A stretch of DNA of 60,442 nt from an uncultured Methanosarcinales archaeon (GCA_964550525.1 CAZJZJ010000003.1:1-60442), one strand, 5' to 3'; shown: positions 16,236 to 25,061, counted from the stretch's first letter. Numbers and translations are program-made. The notes: generated from the sequence alone by a model not told the origin.

Positions 16236-16870
16236 TCTATTAATAGGTATAAAATTAAAGCACTAATTGCGCCTACAACAAACCAGAAAACTATGTTTGA
16301 CAAAAATGGTGCTTTTACTGTTGCTTGTGCTACAGCTTCTACTGCTTTCGGAACAGCATCTGCTACAACTTCTTCTTCTATACCTTTTGCTACAGGCGTT
16401 GCTGCTTCTACAGCTTCTTTTGTTAGAGATGGGGTTGCTGCTAACATCCTTGATGAAGCTGCTTGAAATGGTTGAATAAAGTATTTTGAGGTGAACTGCA
16501 GTACAGCAGCTGCTCCAAGCACAATAAGGCTTACAGGCAGGATTGATCTTAATTTAGATTTCCACCCCCTTTCTGATTCAGGTGCAATAATAATATATTT
16601 ATTTGCAAGAGAATAATGATTTACTTCTTTACCCTTTTCACTATAATGGTATTCCTCAGATTTAACTAGGCCTGTCTCAAGTAACTGCTGCATATTGTAA
16701 TGTACAGTTGAGATAGGAATATTAAGTTCTTTAGATATCTCAGATTCTGTGCTGTCTTTGTTTGCAAGATAATCTAGTATGTGCCTACAAGTCTCATTAG
16801 AAAGCACCTGGGTAAGTTTCTTTGCTTTGTTTTCCTTTAGGCTAACCAATACGAATTTTTCTTTTGCCAT
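16211..16870 (-). CDS. ArsR-family wHTH regulator with a C-terminal membrane anchor
   Basis: TCRHILDYLANKDSTESEISKELNIPISTVHYNMQQLLETGLV (wHTH); two TM segments. Confidence 0.7.
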   Translation of the reverse strand: MAKEKFVLVSLKENKAKKLTQVLSNETCRHILDYLANKDSTESEISKELNIPISTVHYNMQQLLETGLVKSEEYHYSEKGKEVNHYSLANKYIIIAPESERGWKSKLRSILPVSLIVLGAAAVLQFTSKYFIQPFQAASSRMLAATPSLTKEAVEAATPVAKGIEEEVVADAVPKAVEAVAQATVKAPFLSNIVFWFVVGAISALILYLLIEWLWRRKK

Positions 16871-16894
16871 GCTAAATAATGAAGCGAAAATGAG

Positions 16895-16906
16895 TATTTA
16901 AATGTT
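16895..16906 (-). promoter_or_regulatory. BRE/TATA promoter
   Basis: Minus strand AACATTTAAATA, 24 nt to ATG 16870. Confidence 0.65.
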
Positions 16907-16931
16907 TGTTTAGGTTTGAATTAAGTTGAAG

Positions 16932-17594
16932 TTATTTACTGCCGTAGAAGAATTTCAATAGTACATCATGGCATTTAGAGATCTCTTCTTCCTTGACAAT
17001 AAAGATAAGTTCTGGCATACATCCAATGATTTCAATAAAGTTGATATTGTTAACTGTAAGCTCACTCAGTATAGGTGAGATAAGACTATGCATCTTTCTA
17101 TAACCATATTTTTCAGGGAAGACTATATTCACTTCACCAAGGTTTTCTCTTATGAAAATAATTTCGTCCTTTGGAATAAGTTTTATTATTTCTTTCTTTT
17201 TTGCATTGTCTATGATAAATTTGATTGACGCTCTTCCTTCGACAATCCTTAACACTTCTCCTTTAGCTACATTTATATTATCAAAGATATCATGAGCAAC
17301 ATTCTTTAATATGTTAAAATGTCTTTTAACTACAATAAGAACTAAACGGGATTTAGTTGATATCCTTGACTCTTTGTAAACATCATTGAAATCTGTTCTC
17401 TTCTTCGGCTGAATATTCTCATCCTTATACCTTCTTATTGCTGACATCACAGCGTGCACAGATGCTTCTGTTTTAGTCTTTTTCAAGAAATAATAAGCAA
17501 GTGCCCTTACGTTAATTAATTCCTCTCCAATATTCCTAACTATGCTAGGGCTCTTCTTCAAAAAGTTATGAACCTCATGTGTTATGTTTGTCAT
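16932..17594 (-). CDS. Hypothetical protein (possible ACT-like C-terminus)
   Basis: The ORF track starts at GTG 17600. ATG 17594 lies 22 nt after TATA 17617-24. No firm motif. Confidence 0.45.
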   Translation of the reverse strand: MTNITHEVHNFLKKSPSIVRNIGEELINVRALAYYFLKKTKTEASVHAVMSAIRRYKDENIQPKKRTDFNDVYKESRISTKSRLVLIVVKRHFNILKNVAHDIFDNINVAKGEVLRIVEGRASIKFIIDNAKKKEIIKLIPKDEIIFIRENLGEVNIVFPEKYGYRKMHSLISPILSELTVNNINFIEIIGCMPELIFIVKEEEISKCHDVLLKFFYGSK

Positions 17595-17616
17595 ATCCAC
17601 AAAAGATTTGCCACTT

Positions 17617-17624
17617 TTTATAAA
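17617..17624 (-). promoter_or_regulatory. TATA box
   Basis: TTTATAAA, 22 nt to ATG 17594. Confidence 0.55.
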
Positions 17625-17648
17625 TTTTGCTATTTTTTGACAATAAGC

Positions 17649-17656
17649 TATTTAAA
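17649..17656 (+). promoter_or_regulatory. Candidate TATA box for orf97
   Basis: TATTTAAA, followed by SD AAGGTGAT (17708-15) 4 nt before GTG 17720. Confidence 0.4.
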
Positions 17657-17719
17657 GAAGTTGTCTCAGTAAAAATAATTAGAAAGAGATATTTGGAAGA
17701 TAAAAAAAGGTGATTTAAA

Positions 17720-18013
17720 GTGGGTGGACAAGCAGAACCAAGACAAACTGAAGTAGGAGAAGTCGAGAGAATCGCCATAGCAACACTACCAGAATTCCAG
17801 AAACAAGAAACCAATCAACAATCCAATAAAGGAATAGAATTAGTTTACTCAGTCCCACACACAGATACATTTCTTAGGTTAAGTCACAGAGACCGTGATC
17901 TTCTAGTTGATGCAATGACTGGTCCAATAATACCTAAATACAGAATGTATGTAAGAAGAAAACAAAACCCAGGTGGCGCGTATGATGCGCCAAGTTTATA
18001 TCAAGGAGATTAG
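17720..18013 (+). CDS. Hypothetical 97-aa protein (GTG start)
   Basis: Good SD AAGGTGAT 4 nt upstream. No recognisable motif. Confidence 0.45.
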   Translation: MGGQAEPRQTEVGEVERIAIATLPEFQKQETNQQSNKGIELVYSVPHTDTFLRLSHRDRDLLVDAMTGPIIPKYRMYVRRKQNPGGAYDAPSLYQGD

Positions 18014-18027
18014 TTCTAGCACACAAA

Positions 18028-18035
18028 TTTTATAA
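18028..18035 (+). promoter_or_regulatory. TATA box of the yjbQ-like gene
   Basis: TTTTATAA, 23 nt to ATG 18059. Confidence 0.55.
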
Positions 18036-18058
18036 ACAACCACTTCTAACCTTCTTCT

Positions 18059-18460
18059 ATGCAAACATTCACTATCTCAACACATAGCCATAATGAAATC
18101 ATTGATATTACTGAGCAGGTTTCTGGGATTGTGGCTAAAAGTAAAGTTAAGGAAGGAATGTGTCTGGTTTATACGCCTCACGCAACTGCTGCAATAATTA
18201 TTAATGAGAATGCTGATCCAAATGTTATGGATGATATTATCAAGGCATTGGGTAAGATGGTAGCTGAGCATGATAATTACAAACATGATAGAGTTGATAA
18301 TAATGCAGCTGCGCATATTAAATCTTCAATTATTGGGCCTAGCGAGATTATTCCAGTTAATGATGGTAAACTTATGCTTGGAACATGGCAGGATGTGATG
18401 TTTTGTGAGTTTGATGGCCCTAGGAGCAATAGGAAGATTATAGTGCAGATTATAGAATAA
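18059..18460 (+). CDS. YjbQ/UPF0047 family protein (secondary thiamine-phosphate synthase family)
   Basis: YTPHATAAIIINENADPNV...DNNAAAHIKSS...LGTWQ family signature. Confidence 0.8.
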   Translation: MQTFTISTHSHNEIIDITEQVSGIVAKSKVKEGMCLVYTPHATAAIIINENADPNVMDDIIKALGKMVAEHDNYKHDRVDNNAAAHIKSSIIGPSEIIPVNDGKLMLGTWQDVMFCEFDGPRSNRKIIVQIIE

Positions 18461-18485
18461 ACTTTTTAAATTCTAGAAGAAAACA

Positions 18486-18968
18486 ATGGTTAAAATGAAC
18501 TGTGATATGTGTGGTGTGGAATCGCAGCTTTTCAAAGCTTTAATTGAGGGTGGAGAACTGAATGTATGTAAAGCCTGTGCTAAGTATGGCAAGATCCTAC
18601 ATAAGATAAGACAAGAGCCTAAGAGACCGAAAAAACAGGTAAAGCTTTCAATAGAACAGGTTGAAAAGCCTGATAAACAGATAGTATTGGTAGTTGTAAA
18701 TGATTATTCTAAAAGAGTTAAGAAAAAAAGAGAACACATGGGATTAAAACAAGAAGACCTTGCAAAAAGGATTAATGAACGAGAATCAATAATCCATAAG
18801 ATAGAATCAGGAAGATTCAAACCTTCTATGAAACTTGCAAGGAAACTTGAGAAATTCTTAAGAATAACCTTAATTGAACAGTATGAAGAGACCTTTGATG
18901 GTGGAAAAGCAAAGGTTGGTGAGAATCTTACTATTGGTGATCTAATTAAGGTTAAAAGTACAAAATAA
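18486..18968 (+). CDS. mbf1: Multiprotein bridging factor 1 (Zn-ribbon plus Cro/C1 HTH)
   Basis: CDMCG...CKAC ribbon; MGLKQEDLAKRINERESIIHKIESGR HTH. Confidence 0.85.
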   Translation: MVKMNCDMCGVESQLFKALIEGGELNVCKACAKYGKILHKIRQEPKRPKKQVKLSIEQVEKPDKQIVLVVVNDYSKRVKKKREHMGLKQEDLAKRINERESIIHKIESGRFKPSMKLARKLEKFLRITLIEQYEETFDGGKAKVGENLTIGDLIKVKSTK

Positions 18969-19779
18969 TTAAGGTAACCAACCCCCACAAACAGATACTA
19001 AATACTAGTCTTGTATCTGTCCAGAACCTTTCTGCTTGCCTTGCTATAATTGAACCAGAATAAACAAGATATAGAAATCTAAATATGCCATACAAAACAA
19101 AAGGTAGAGTAATCAAAAGTTTATTCTGTTGACTTAAGAAAGAATAAAGTGAATATGAGATAATAAGAGTGGTTGTTGAGATTAGCATTAAAGCGTTGGT
19201 AAGCTCAGGTGAATAGTTGTTTTTCTTAATAAACATCTCAGATCTTCTCTTAGATACAGATAAGAATAAGGATAAAAAGAAAGGACATAAAATAAGCCAA
19301 GGCGAGATATAAACGTGGATAATAAAAGCACCACTTACAGCCCTTAGTACAAAGTTGATTGCTATTGCCAAGATATCTGCGAATAGCTCTTTCTTAAGGA
19401 ATAGAGTATAAAGTTGTGATATCGAAAAAATCAACACCACACTTAATAAAAAATACAAATCAAGAAAATAGGCTATTTCAATAGAAGCAATCACCAACAA
19501 AACAACCATAACTAAAGCAGAAAAAATGCCTATCCTACCATTAGCTATAGGCCTGAACCTTTTCTCTGGATGTTGTCTATCAGATTTAACATCTATAATA
19601 TCATTTAGGATATAGTTTGCGGATGAGATTAAGCACAGACTTAAAAAGCCCAGTGTTGATTTGAATAATAGGTTAAAGCTAAGAATATTGCCTGAGAAGA
19701 ATATAGCTAGGTAAACCACTAAGTTTTTATACCATTGTCTTATCCTAATTAGGTTGAGATAATCACTAACCGTCCCCAT
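18952..19779 (-). CDS. UbiA-family prenyltransferase, decaprenyl-phosphate phosphoribosyltransferase-like
   Basis: NDIIDVKSDRQHPEKRFRPIANG motif; polytopic. Start re-called to MGTVSDYLN (ATG 19779). Confidence 0.7.
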   Translation of the reverse strand: MGTVSDYLNLIRIRQWYKNLVVYLAIFFSGNILSFNLLFKSTLGFLSLCLISSANYILNDIIDVKSDRQHPEKRFRPIANGRIGIFSALVMVVLLVIASIEIAYFLDLYFLLSVVLIFSISQLYTLFLKKELFADILAIAINFVLRAVSGAFIIHVYISPWLILCPFFLSLFLSVSKRRSEMFIKKNNYSPELTNALMLISTTTLIISYSLYSFLSQQNKLLITLPFVLYGIFRFLYLVYSGSIIARQAERFWTDTRLVFSICLWGLVTLIILYF

Positions 19780-19822
19780 AAATAAAGGGATAGCAAACGG
19801 TTTTATAAATGTTTTTAAGAAG

Positions 19823-20431
19823 ATGGTAAGAATAACCAGATTATATTCAGAACCTATAGCAAAGGCATATGCCTTATTAAGACAGATAATTCTTCCAATA
19901 AGGAAAGTAGAAAAACACATACCTCAAACAGGCCTTATCTTTGATGTTGGTTGTGGTTTTGGTGTGACAAGTTTATATTTTGCCCTAAGTTCTAAAGATA
20001 GACAAGTAGTAGGATTTGATCTAAGCAGAAAAAGAATAATCTCTGCAAAAAAAGCTGGAAAGAGTATAGAAAACCTAAAATTCTTTATTAAAGATATCTC
20101 AAAAGAACATATTAAAAAAAAGGCTGATTGTATTGCAGTTATAGACCTTCTGCACCACATTAAGTATAGTGATCAAAAAAGGTTTTTACAGCAGTGTTAT
20201 GCCAATGTTAAAAAAGGCGGCAGATTGGTTGTAAAGGAGATTGATAAGAAATTGTTTTTTAGATGCTTATGGACCTTGATACTTGATAAGATTATTACCT
20301 TAGGAGGAAAGATGAATTATTCAAACCGCACTGATTTAATAAGAATACTAGAAAATATTGGATTCAAGGTCAGATACTACAATATCGCTTCTATGTTTTA
20401 CCCACACTTTATTCTTGTTTGTGAAAAATAA
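19823..20431 (+). CDS. Class I SAM-dependent methyltransferase
   Basis: IFDVGCGFG (motif I), VIDLLHH, GGRLVVKE. Confidence 0.75.
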   Translation: MVRITRLYSEPIAKAYALLRQIILPIRKVEKHIPQTGLIFDVGCGFGVTSLYFALSSKDRQVVGFDLSRKRIISAKKAGKSIENLKFFIKDISKEHIKKKADCIAVIDLLHHIKYSDQKRFLQQCYANVKKGGRLVVKEIDKKLFFRCLWTLILDKIITLGGKMNYSNRTDLIRILENIGFKVRYYNIASMFYPHFILVCEK

Positions 20432-21824
20432 AGTATTCTGTGTAAGATGATTTTTGATGATATTCAAGTTCAAAACTAGAATTCAGAAGATGAATCAATT
20501 CTTCAGTTTCTTTAAGGCACAGCTGATCTTTCTTTGGACAAGGTATATCTGCCCTATTAATAAAAACATAGCTGACTTTATTCGGCTGTTCAAGTTTGCT
20601 TCTATATTCCCTAATCTTCTCAGTGTTATATAATGGAAAATACATAATATCAATCTTTGCAGGCACATATAGAGTAATAAGTGGTGTTGTGGATATGATC
20701 TCACCACCTGGACTCTTATCCTTTAGATAACCATAGAATTCACTATTGACCCAGGAAGCTGGTATCTCTGTTTTTTGGTAATAGTTAATAGAAAGCCAGA
20801 TTGAGCTGATCAAAACAAGCAAGATTACACTAATTCTAAGAAACTTGCCACGTTTCCTTATAGAGAGATCTAATCCTTTAGCAGCCAAGATAGCTAAAAA
20901 AGGCAAGTAGAGAAGCATATATCTTGGGGTTTTACATTTCAATGTGAAAAAATAAATAAAAGGTAATAGAAAAGATAACACAATAAACAAATGATTTAAG
21001 TCAAGGTTCTTCTTTTTCAATTTGTATGTAAAATACAGTAAAGAGAGTAATGCAAAAACATGAAATATACTTTGATGCATAAGCAAAGTAAAATAGTAAT
21101 ACCAAGGTTTAAGAAACTGCTCTGTACATGCAACAACGTTCTTTATCACTGTGCTTGCCAAGGTCAATGGCAGTAAAGGATTATTGTATTTAATCTGATT
21201 AAAGATAAAATAAGGAAGAGTGACAATAACAAAACCCAGTATAAACCAACCTGTATTTTCTATCTCTTGTTTGCCTTGTTTAAAGAATCTAAGCACATAA
21301 ATAACCAAGAAAACAAAAAAGAAAATCGCTACTGGAAATTTTGTCATAACAGCTAAGCCTATTGTTAGCCCAGAAAAGAGATGTTTTTTTCTAAGGAAAA
21401 GCCAAAAAGCCAGTAAAGTAAAGAATACAGTTGGTATCTCAGTAAATAGGTGAAAAGAAGAAAAGAACAAAACAGGTGAAAAAGAGAACAAGATAGAACT
21501 AATAAAAGCAACTCTTTTATTAAAGACAGATTCTGCACATAGATAAAGAAAAAGCACACTACCAAGAGTAAGTAAAAGTTCAACAACTCTGGCTGCAACA
21601 ACTACTGATAAACCTGTTTTCCATAATGCCCCCATTATAATCGGCCATAACAAAGGCCTTATTGGTTCCCATAACCCCATCTTTCCTAAAGAGAAGATAT
21701 ATTGTCCCATGCCAACATAAACTGCAGAATCCCACCAGGTTATATGGTGTTCAAAGAAAAAGAGCAATCTAACAACTAGGGACAACAAAAGCACAAAAAA
21801 CAACCCATAATCTCTATTTTTCAT
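20409..21824 (-). CDS. GT-C fold glycosyltransferase (ArnT/PMT_2, GT39/GT83-like)
   Basis: 471 aa, about 11 TM helices, WWDSAVY loop near the N-terminus, soluble C-terminal domain. Confidence 0.65.
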   Translation of the reverse strand: MKNRDYGLFFVLLLSLVVRLLFFFEHHITWWDSAVYVGMGQYIFSLGKMGLWEPIRPLLWPIIMGALWKTGLSVVVAARVVELLLTLGSVLFLYLCAESVFNKRVAFISSILFSFSPVLFFSSFHLFTEIPTVFFTLLAFWLFLRKKHLFSGLTIGLAVMTKFPVAIFFFVFLVIYVLRFFKQGKQEIENTGWFILGFVIVTLPYFIFNQIKYNNPLLPLTLASTVIKNVVACTEQFLKPWYYYFTLLMHQSIFHVFALLSLLYFTYKLKKKNLDLNHLFIVLSFLLPFIYFFTLKCKTPRYMLLYLPFLAILAAKGLDLSIRKRGKFLRISVILLVLISSIWLSINYYQKTEIPASWVNSEFYGYLKDKSPGGEIISTTPLITLYVPAKIDIMYFPLYNTEKIREYRSKLEQPNKVSYVFINRADIPCPKKDQLCLKETEELIHLLNSSFELEYHQKSSYTEYFIFHKQE

Positions 21825-21848
21825 TATAATAACTTGCTGTAAGAATAT

Positions 21849-21856
21849 TATAAAAA
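21849..21856 (-). promoter_or_regulatory. TATA box of the GT-C gene
   Basis: Minus strand TTTTTATA, 24 nt to ATG 21824. Confidence 0.5.
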
Positions 21857-21890
21857 TATTTCGAAAGAAAAGTGCTTGTTTTTCGTTAGA

Positions 21891-21898
21891 TTTAAAAA
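21891..21898 (+). promoter_or_regulatory. TATA box of radB
   Basis: TTTAAAAA, 22 nt to ATG 21921. Confidence 0.5.
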
Positions 21899-21920
21899 GA
21901 GTATTATATAACCACTAGAT

Positions 21921-22598
21921 ATGCGGGAAAATAGGGTATCTTCTGGATGCGAAGTTTTTGATCAGTTGCTTGAAGGTGGGTTTGAGAAAGATACCATCTC
22001 AACTATATATGGCCCATCAACAAGCGGGAAAACATGTCTATGTTTACTAGCCACCATTAGTGCAGCTGAAAAAGGCAAAAGCGTGATTTTTATAGATACT
22101 GAAGGCGGTTTTTCTATAGAAAGAATGAAACAGCTTGCACCAAACTATAAAGAGCTATTAAAAAAAGTGCTTTTTTTCAAACCAACTAATTTTAAAGAGC
22201 AAAAAGAGGTATTTAAACAGCTTTCAAACGCTGTAAATGACAACATATCTATTGTTATTGTTGATACAATTGCCATGTTATACAGGCTTGAGTTAGGTAA
22301 AAATGATGAAGTATATAGTATCAACAGAGAACTAGGCACCCAAATATCATACCTAACAGAGATTGCACGAAAAAAGAATATTCCAGTATTATTAACTAAC
22401 CAAGTTTATTCTAGTTTTGATGAAAGAAACAGAGTAAAAATGGTTGGTGGAGATATTATTAAGTATGCAAGTAAGTGCCTAGTCGAACTTCAAGTTGTAG
22501 GCAAAAACAGAAGGGCAGTTCTGAGAAACCACAGATCACTGCCTGAAGAAAAAAATATAATGTTTAAGATTGCCAATTCGGGTATTCAAATCCTGTAA
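21921..22598 (+). CDS. radB: DNA repair and recombination protein RadB
   Basis: 225 aa RecA-core-only protein. Walker A GPSTSGKT, Walker B IVIVDT. Confidence 0.85.
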   Translation: MRENRVSSGCEVFDQLLEGGFEKDTISTIYGPSTSGKTCLCLLATISAAEKGKSVIFIDTEGGFSIERMKQLAPNYKELLKKVLFFKPTNFKEQKEVFKQLSNAVNDNISIVIVDTIAMLYRLELGKNDEVYSINRELGTQISYLTEIARKKNIPVLLTNQVYSSFDERNRVKMVGGDIIKYASKCLVELQVVGKNRRAVLRNHRSLPEEKNIMFKIANSGIQIL

Positions 22599-23175
22599 GA
22601 GGCTGTTTCTCAACGTATTCTGGACATAGCCTGTTGACTGTCCTTAAAGAGTATTCGTTTGAAAGGTGCTCTTTTGTCCAATTAAAGTTAAGGTAAAATG
22701 GCCTTTCCGGTTCAATAAATATTCTTGATTCAGGATAATTAGTAAGCATCATGTCCATAGTAAACACAGACTCTCGAAATGCCATAAGCGATTTGTTCCA
22801 ATAATCCTGTGCTTCTAGTATATAGGGTTTCTCTTTACAGCCAAAACCGTCGTGAACCAAACCCGTTTTACCGTAAGATAAAAATTTGTGATAATTATCT
22901 TCTGCATCCAACATAAGTAATCTAAACTTAATAAGTTCATTTATTGCTTTTTTGTGTCCTGAATCTGGAATATCCACTTCCATAAGAATTATATCTTTTC
23001 TAACACCTTTTATGATGTCCATTGAAGGTAGATTATAGTTAAGGTGTTCTTCATATAAAGAAGTTCCGTATTTTGTATCTATCTGATTAAGTTCATCTAA
23101 TGTACTTTCAAAAGTGTATTCTTTAACACAACCTAGTATTAAAACTAAAAACACAAGTAACACATACTTTTTCAT
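22564..23175 (-). CDS. Lipoprotein-like secreted protein, function unknown
   Basis: MKKYVLLVFLVLILGC lipobox-type signal. Confidence 0.5.
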   Translation of the reverse strand: MKKYVLLVFLVLILGCVKEYTFESTLDELNQIDTKYGTSLYEEHLNYNLPSMDIIKGVRKDIILMEVDIPDSGHKKAINELIKFRLLMLDAEDNYHKFLSYGKTGLVHDGFGCKEKPYILEAQDYWNKSLMAFRESVFTMDMMLTNYPESRIFIEPERPFYLNFNWTKEHLSNEYSLRTVNRLCPEYVEKQPLTGFEYPNWQS

Positions 23176-23197
23176 CTTACACCACCTTTTAAGTTGT

Positions 23198-23800
23198 TTA
23201 TTCTTCTGTAAAATCGTCTAGTTTACCTTTAAATTCTGAATCCTTCTTTATCATACCTCTATTCTTAAGATATTCCCTAGCTAGTATGTAAAAGAACAAC
23301 CCAAGACTTTTCTTACCTTTGTTGTTACAAGGTACAACAAGATCAATATTGTTTGCTTGATTATTTGTATCGCATAAAGCTATCACAGGTATACCCATTT
23401 TCATTGCGTCGTTTATAGCATTCCTGTCTGGCCATGAATCTGTAACTAGGATTATCTTGGCCTCTGTATAGATATCTAATGAGGGGTTAGTCAATATACC
23501 TGGAGGATATCTACCAGCAAATACCCTAATACCTGTAACATCACCGAATTTCTTTACAGCTTTCCAACCATTCTCTCTCCTACTTACAATTAGTATATCT
23601 CCTGGTTCGTATTGCGCTAAGAAACTTGCTGCTACCTTAATCCTTTCATCTATCTGTTGTAGATTAAGCACCGAGAGGCCATCTGGCCTAGTCTTATAAA
23701 TAAACTTTTCCATATACTTTGTCCTGAACTTTGTACCAATATGTATACCTGCTTTAAGGTAAACATCGCTTGCTACTAAAAATTTATGTTCTGTTGCCAT
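23198..23800 (-). CDS. rps2: 30S ribosomal protein uS2
   Basis: YLKAGIHIGTKFRTKYMEKFIYKTRPDGLSVLNL. Start re-called to MATEHK (ATG 23800) with SD AAGGTG upstream. Confidence 0.9.
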   Translation of the reverse strand: MATEHKFLVASDVYLKAGIHIGTKFRTKYMEKFIYKTRPDGLSVLNLQQIDERIKVAASFLAQYEPGDILIVSRRENGWKAVKKFGDVTGIRVFAGRYPPGILTNPSLDIYTEAKIILVTDSWPDRNAINDAMKMGIPVIALCDTNNQANNIDLVVPCNNKGKKSLGLFFYILAREYLKNRGMIKKDSEFKGKLDDFTEE

Positions 23801-23841
23801 GATTATTACACCTTGTTTGTTTAAATTATTTAACACATACT

Positions 23842-23870
23842 GGCTGTATTTTTTATTGCCTCATACAGCC
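23842..23870 (-). promoter_or_regulatory. Hairpin in the uS2 5' leader
   Basis: GGCTGTAT / ATACAGCC 8-bp stem with a 13-nt loop. Confidence 0.35.
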
Positions 23871-23934
23871 CATCCAACAGCAGATATAGCTAACAGCTGT
23901 CTTTCGGCTAATTGAGATTTGGATAAAAAGGTTA

Positions 23935-23947
23935 TATATAAAGCTTT
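23935..23947 (-). promoter_or_regulatory. BRE/TATA promoter giving a roughly 110-nt uS2 leader
   Basis: Minus strand AAAGCTTTATATA. No start codon at the leaderless spacing. Confidence 0.45.
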
Positions 23948-24487
23948 CTATTGTAAAGGATAAACCATTATATCCTCATAAACAGGCCCTTTAGGAGTAA
24001 GTGTACTTTTCTTGAGTTTAAAACCATCCACTCCAAACTTAAGCTTCTCTACTTTAATATTCAGGCTTTCTTTAAGTGCAGTCTTATCTTTAACAAAAGC
24101 CACTCTACCAAGAGTAATATGTGGGTGGTATTTATGATCTTTCTTTAATTTGAATGGGGCCAATGCTTCTTCAATCTTATTGTAAAGTTGAACCACTTTA
24201 TCTGCTGGATCTACACCCACCCAAAGCACCTTGATATAGTTAGGATTAGGGAAAACACCTAGGTTAGATAAGGAAAGATCAAACGGTTCTAATGTTATTG
24301 TACTGAGTCTCTCTTCAATCTGTTCTATAGTTTCCTCTCCAACCTCACCTAAAAACCTTAAGGTAAGGTGTAGATTCTCTTTAATAACCCACTTGATTTT
24401 AGCCATATTATTGCCTATTTGTTGTTCTATTCCTATAAGATGGCCCTTTACGTTATCAGGTAATTCTATGGCTATGAATGTTCTCAT
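23948..24487 (-). CDS. thpR: RNA 2',3'-cyclic phosphodiesterase (2H family, ThpR/LigT)
   Basis: Two HxT motifs: HLTLRFLG and HITLGR. Confidence 0.85.
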   Translation of the reverse strand: MRTFIAIELPDNVKGHLIGIEQQIGNNMAKIKWVIKENLHLTLRFLGEVGEETIEQIEERLSTITLEPFDLSLSNLGVFPNPNYIKVLWVGVDPADKVVQLYNKIEEALAPFKLKKDHKYHPHITLGRVAFVKDKTALKESLNIKVEKLKFGVDGFKLKKSTLTPKGPVYEDIMVYPLQ

Positions 24488-24536
24488 AAAAAGATAGAAT
24501 AAATCTTAAAATAAAAAATTTTGGAAAATAAGGAAG

Positions 24537-24551
24537 AAAAAAATAAAAAAA
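24537..24551 (-). terminator. Oligo-T terminator after the TRAM gene
   Basis: Minus strand T7-A-T7, about 20 nt after the stop. Confidence 0.5.
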
Positions 24552-24567
24552 CAGAAACTTAGAATAT

Positions 24568-24984
24568 CTACTCTTTTGTTTCTTCTGCTGGTTCTTCTGC
24601 AGGAGCCTCTTCAGTCGGAGCTGGTTCTTCAGCTGCCTCTTCTTGAGGTTCTTCAGCCTGCTCTTCAGCAGCTGGCTCTTCGCCAAAGTCTTCTGTATCC
24701 TCTGGTGCAGGTTCCTCTTCAGCAGCTGGTTCTTCTGCAGGAGCTTCAGCTGACTCAACTGGACCGCTTGCTTGTCCGACAACTTCAGCAAAACCTACGT
24801 TTCGCAGAACTTTGGTGACTTTAATCTTAACTTCATCACCAGCTTTGGTGTTTGGTACAAACAGCACAAAGCCATCTTTCTTTGCAATACCGTCGCCTTT
24901 CTCGCCGACAGCTTCTACTTTAACATCTAGCTCATCCCCTACATTAACTGGAGCTGAACCTCTTCCTCCAAATCTATTTCTCAT
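24568..24984 (-). CDS. TRAM-domain protein with a long acidic Pro/Ala/Glu tail
   Basis: GDELDVKVEAVGEKGDGIAKKDGFVLFVPNTKAGDEVKIKVTKV (TRAM), then about 70 aa of PAEE-type low complexity. Confidence 0.8.
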   Translation of the reverse strand: MRNRFGGRGSAPVNVGDELDVKVEAVGEKGDGIAKKDGFVLFVPNTKAGDEVKIKVTKVLRNVGFAEVVGQASGPVESAEAPAEEPAAEEEPAPEDTEDFGEEPAAEEQAEEPQEEAAEEPAPTEEAPAEEPAEETKE

Positions 24985-25007
24985 GTTCTATTTCACCTTA
25001 TTTACCT

Positions 25008-25017
25008 TATTTAAATA
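25008..25017 (-). promoter_or_regulatory. TATA box of the TRAM gene
   Basis: TATTTAAATA, 25 nt to ATG 24984. Confidence 0.55.
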
Positions 25018-25061
25018 GCGTATTTTAACAAAAACACGCATATACTGAGAGAAATAAGCAG

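Noticed and set aside
16267-16479. 70-aa poly-Leu plus-strand ORF
   Set aside because: It is the antisense frame of the Ala/Val-rich linker of the ArsR-family membrane regulator. It is a compositional artefact.
17575-17814. 79-aa minus-strand ORF across the 17601-17719 intergenic region
   Set aside because: It overlaps the promoter of gene 16932-17594 and the 5' end of orf97, and lacks any start context.
24456-24818. ORFs 24456-24791 (-) and 24576-24818 (+) rich in L/Q/K
   Set aside because: These are alternative-frame readings of the repetitive GAA/GCA/CCA DNA that encodes the acidic tail of the TRAM protein.
25038-25061. 8-codon GTG ORF (MFLLKYAI) at leaderless spacing from the orphan promoter at 25062
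   Set aside because: It is too short, has a non-ATG start and shows no amino-acid bias. It is more likely just the 5' UTR of a second TRAM-gene transcript.
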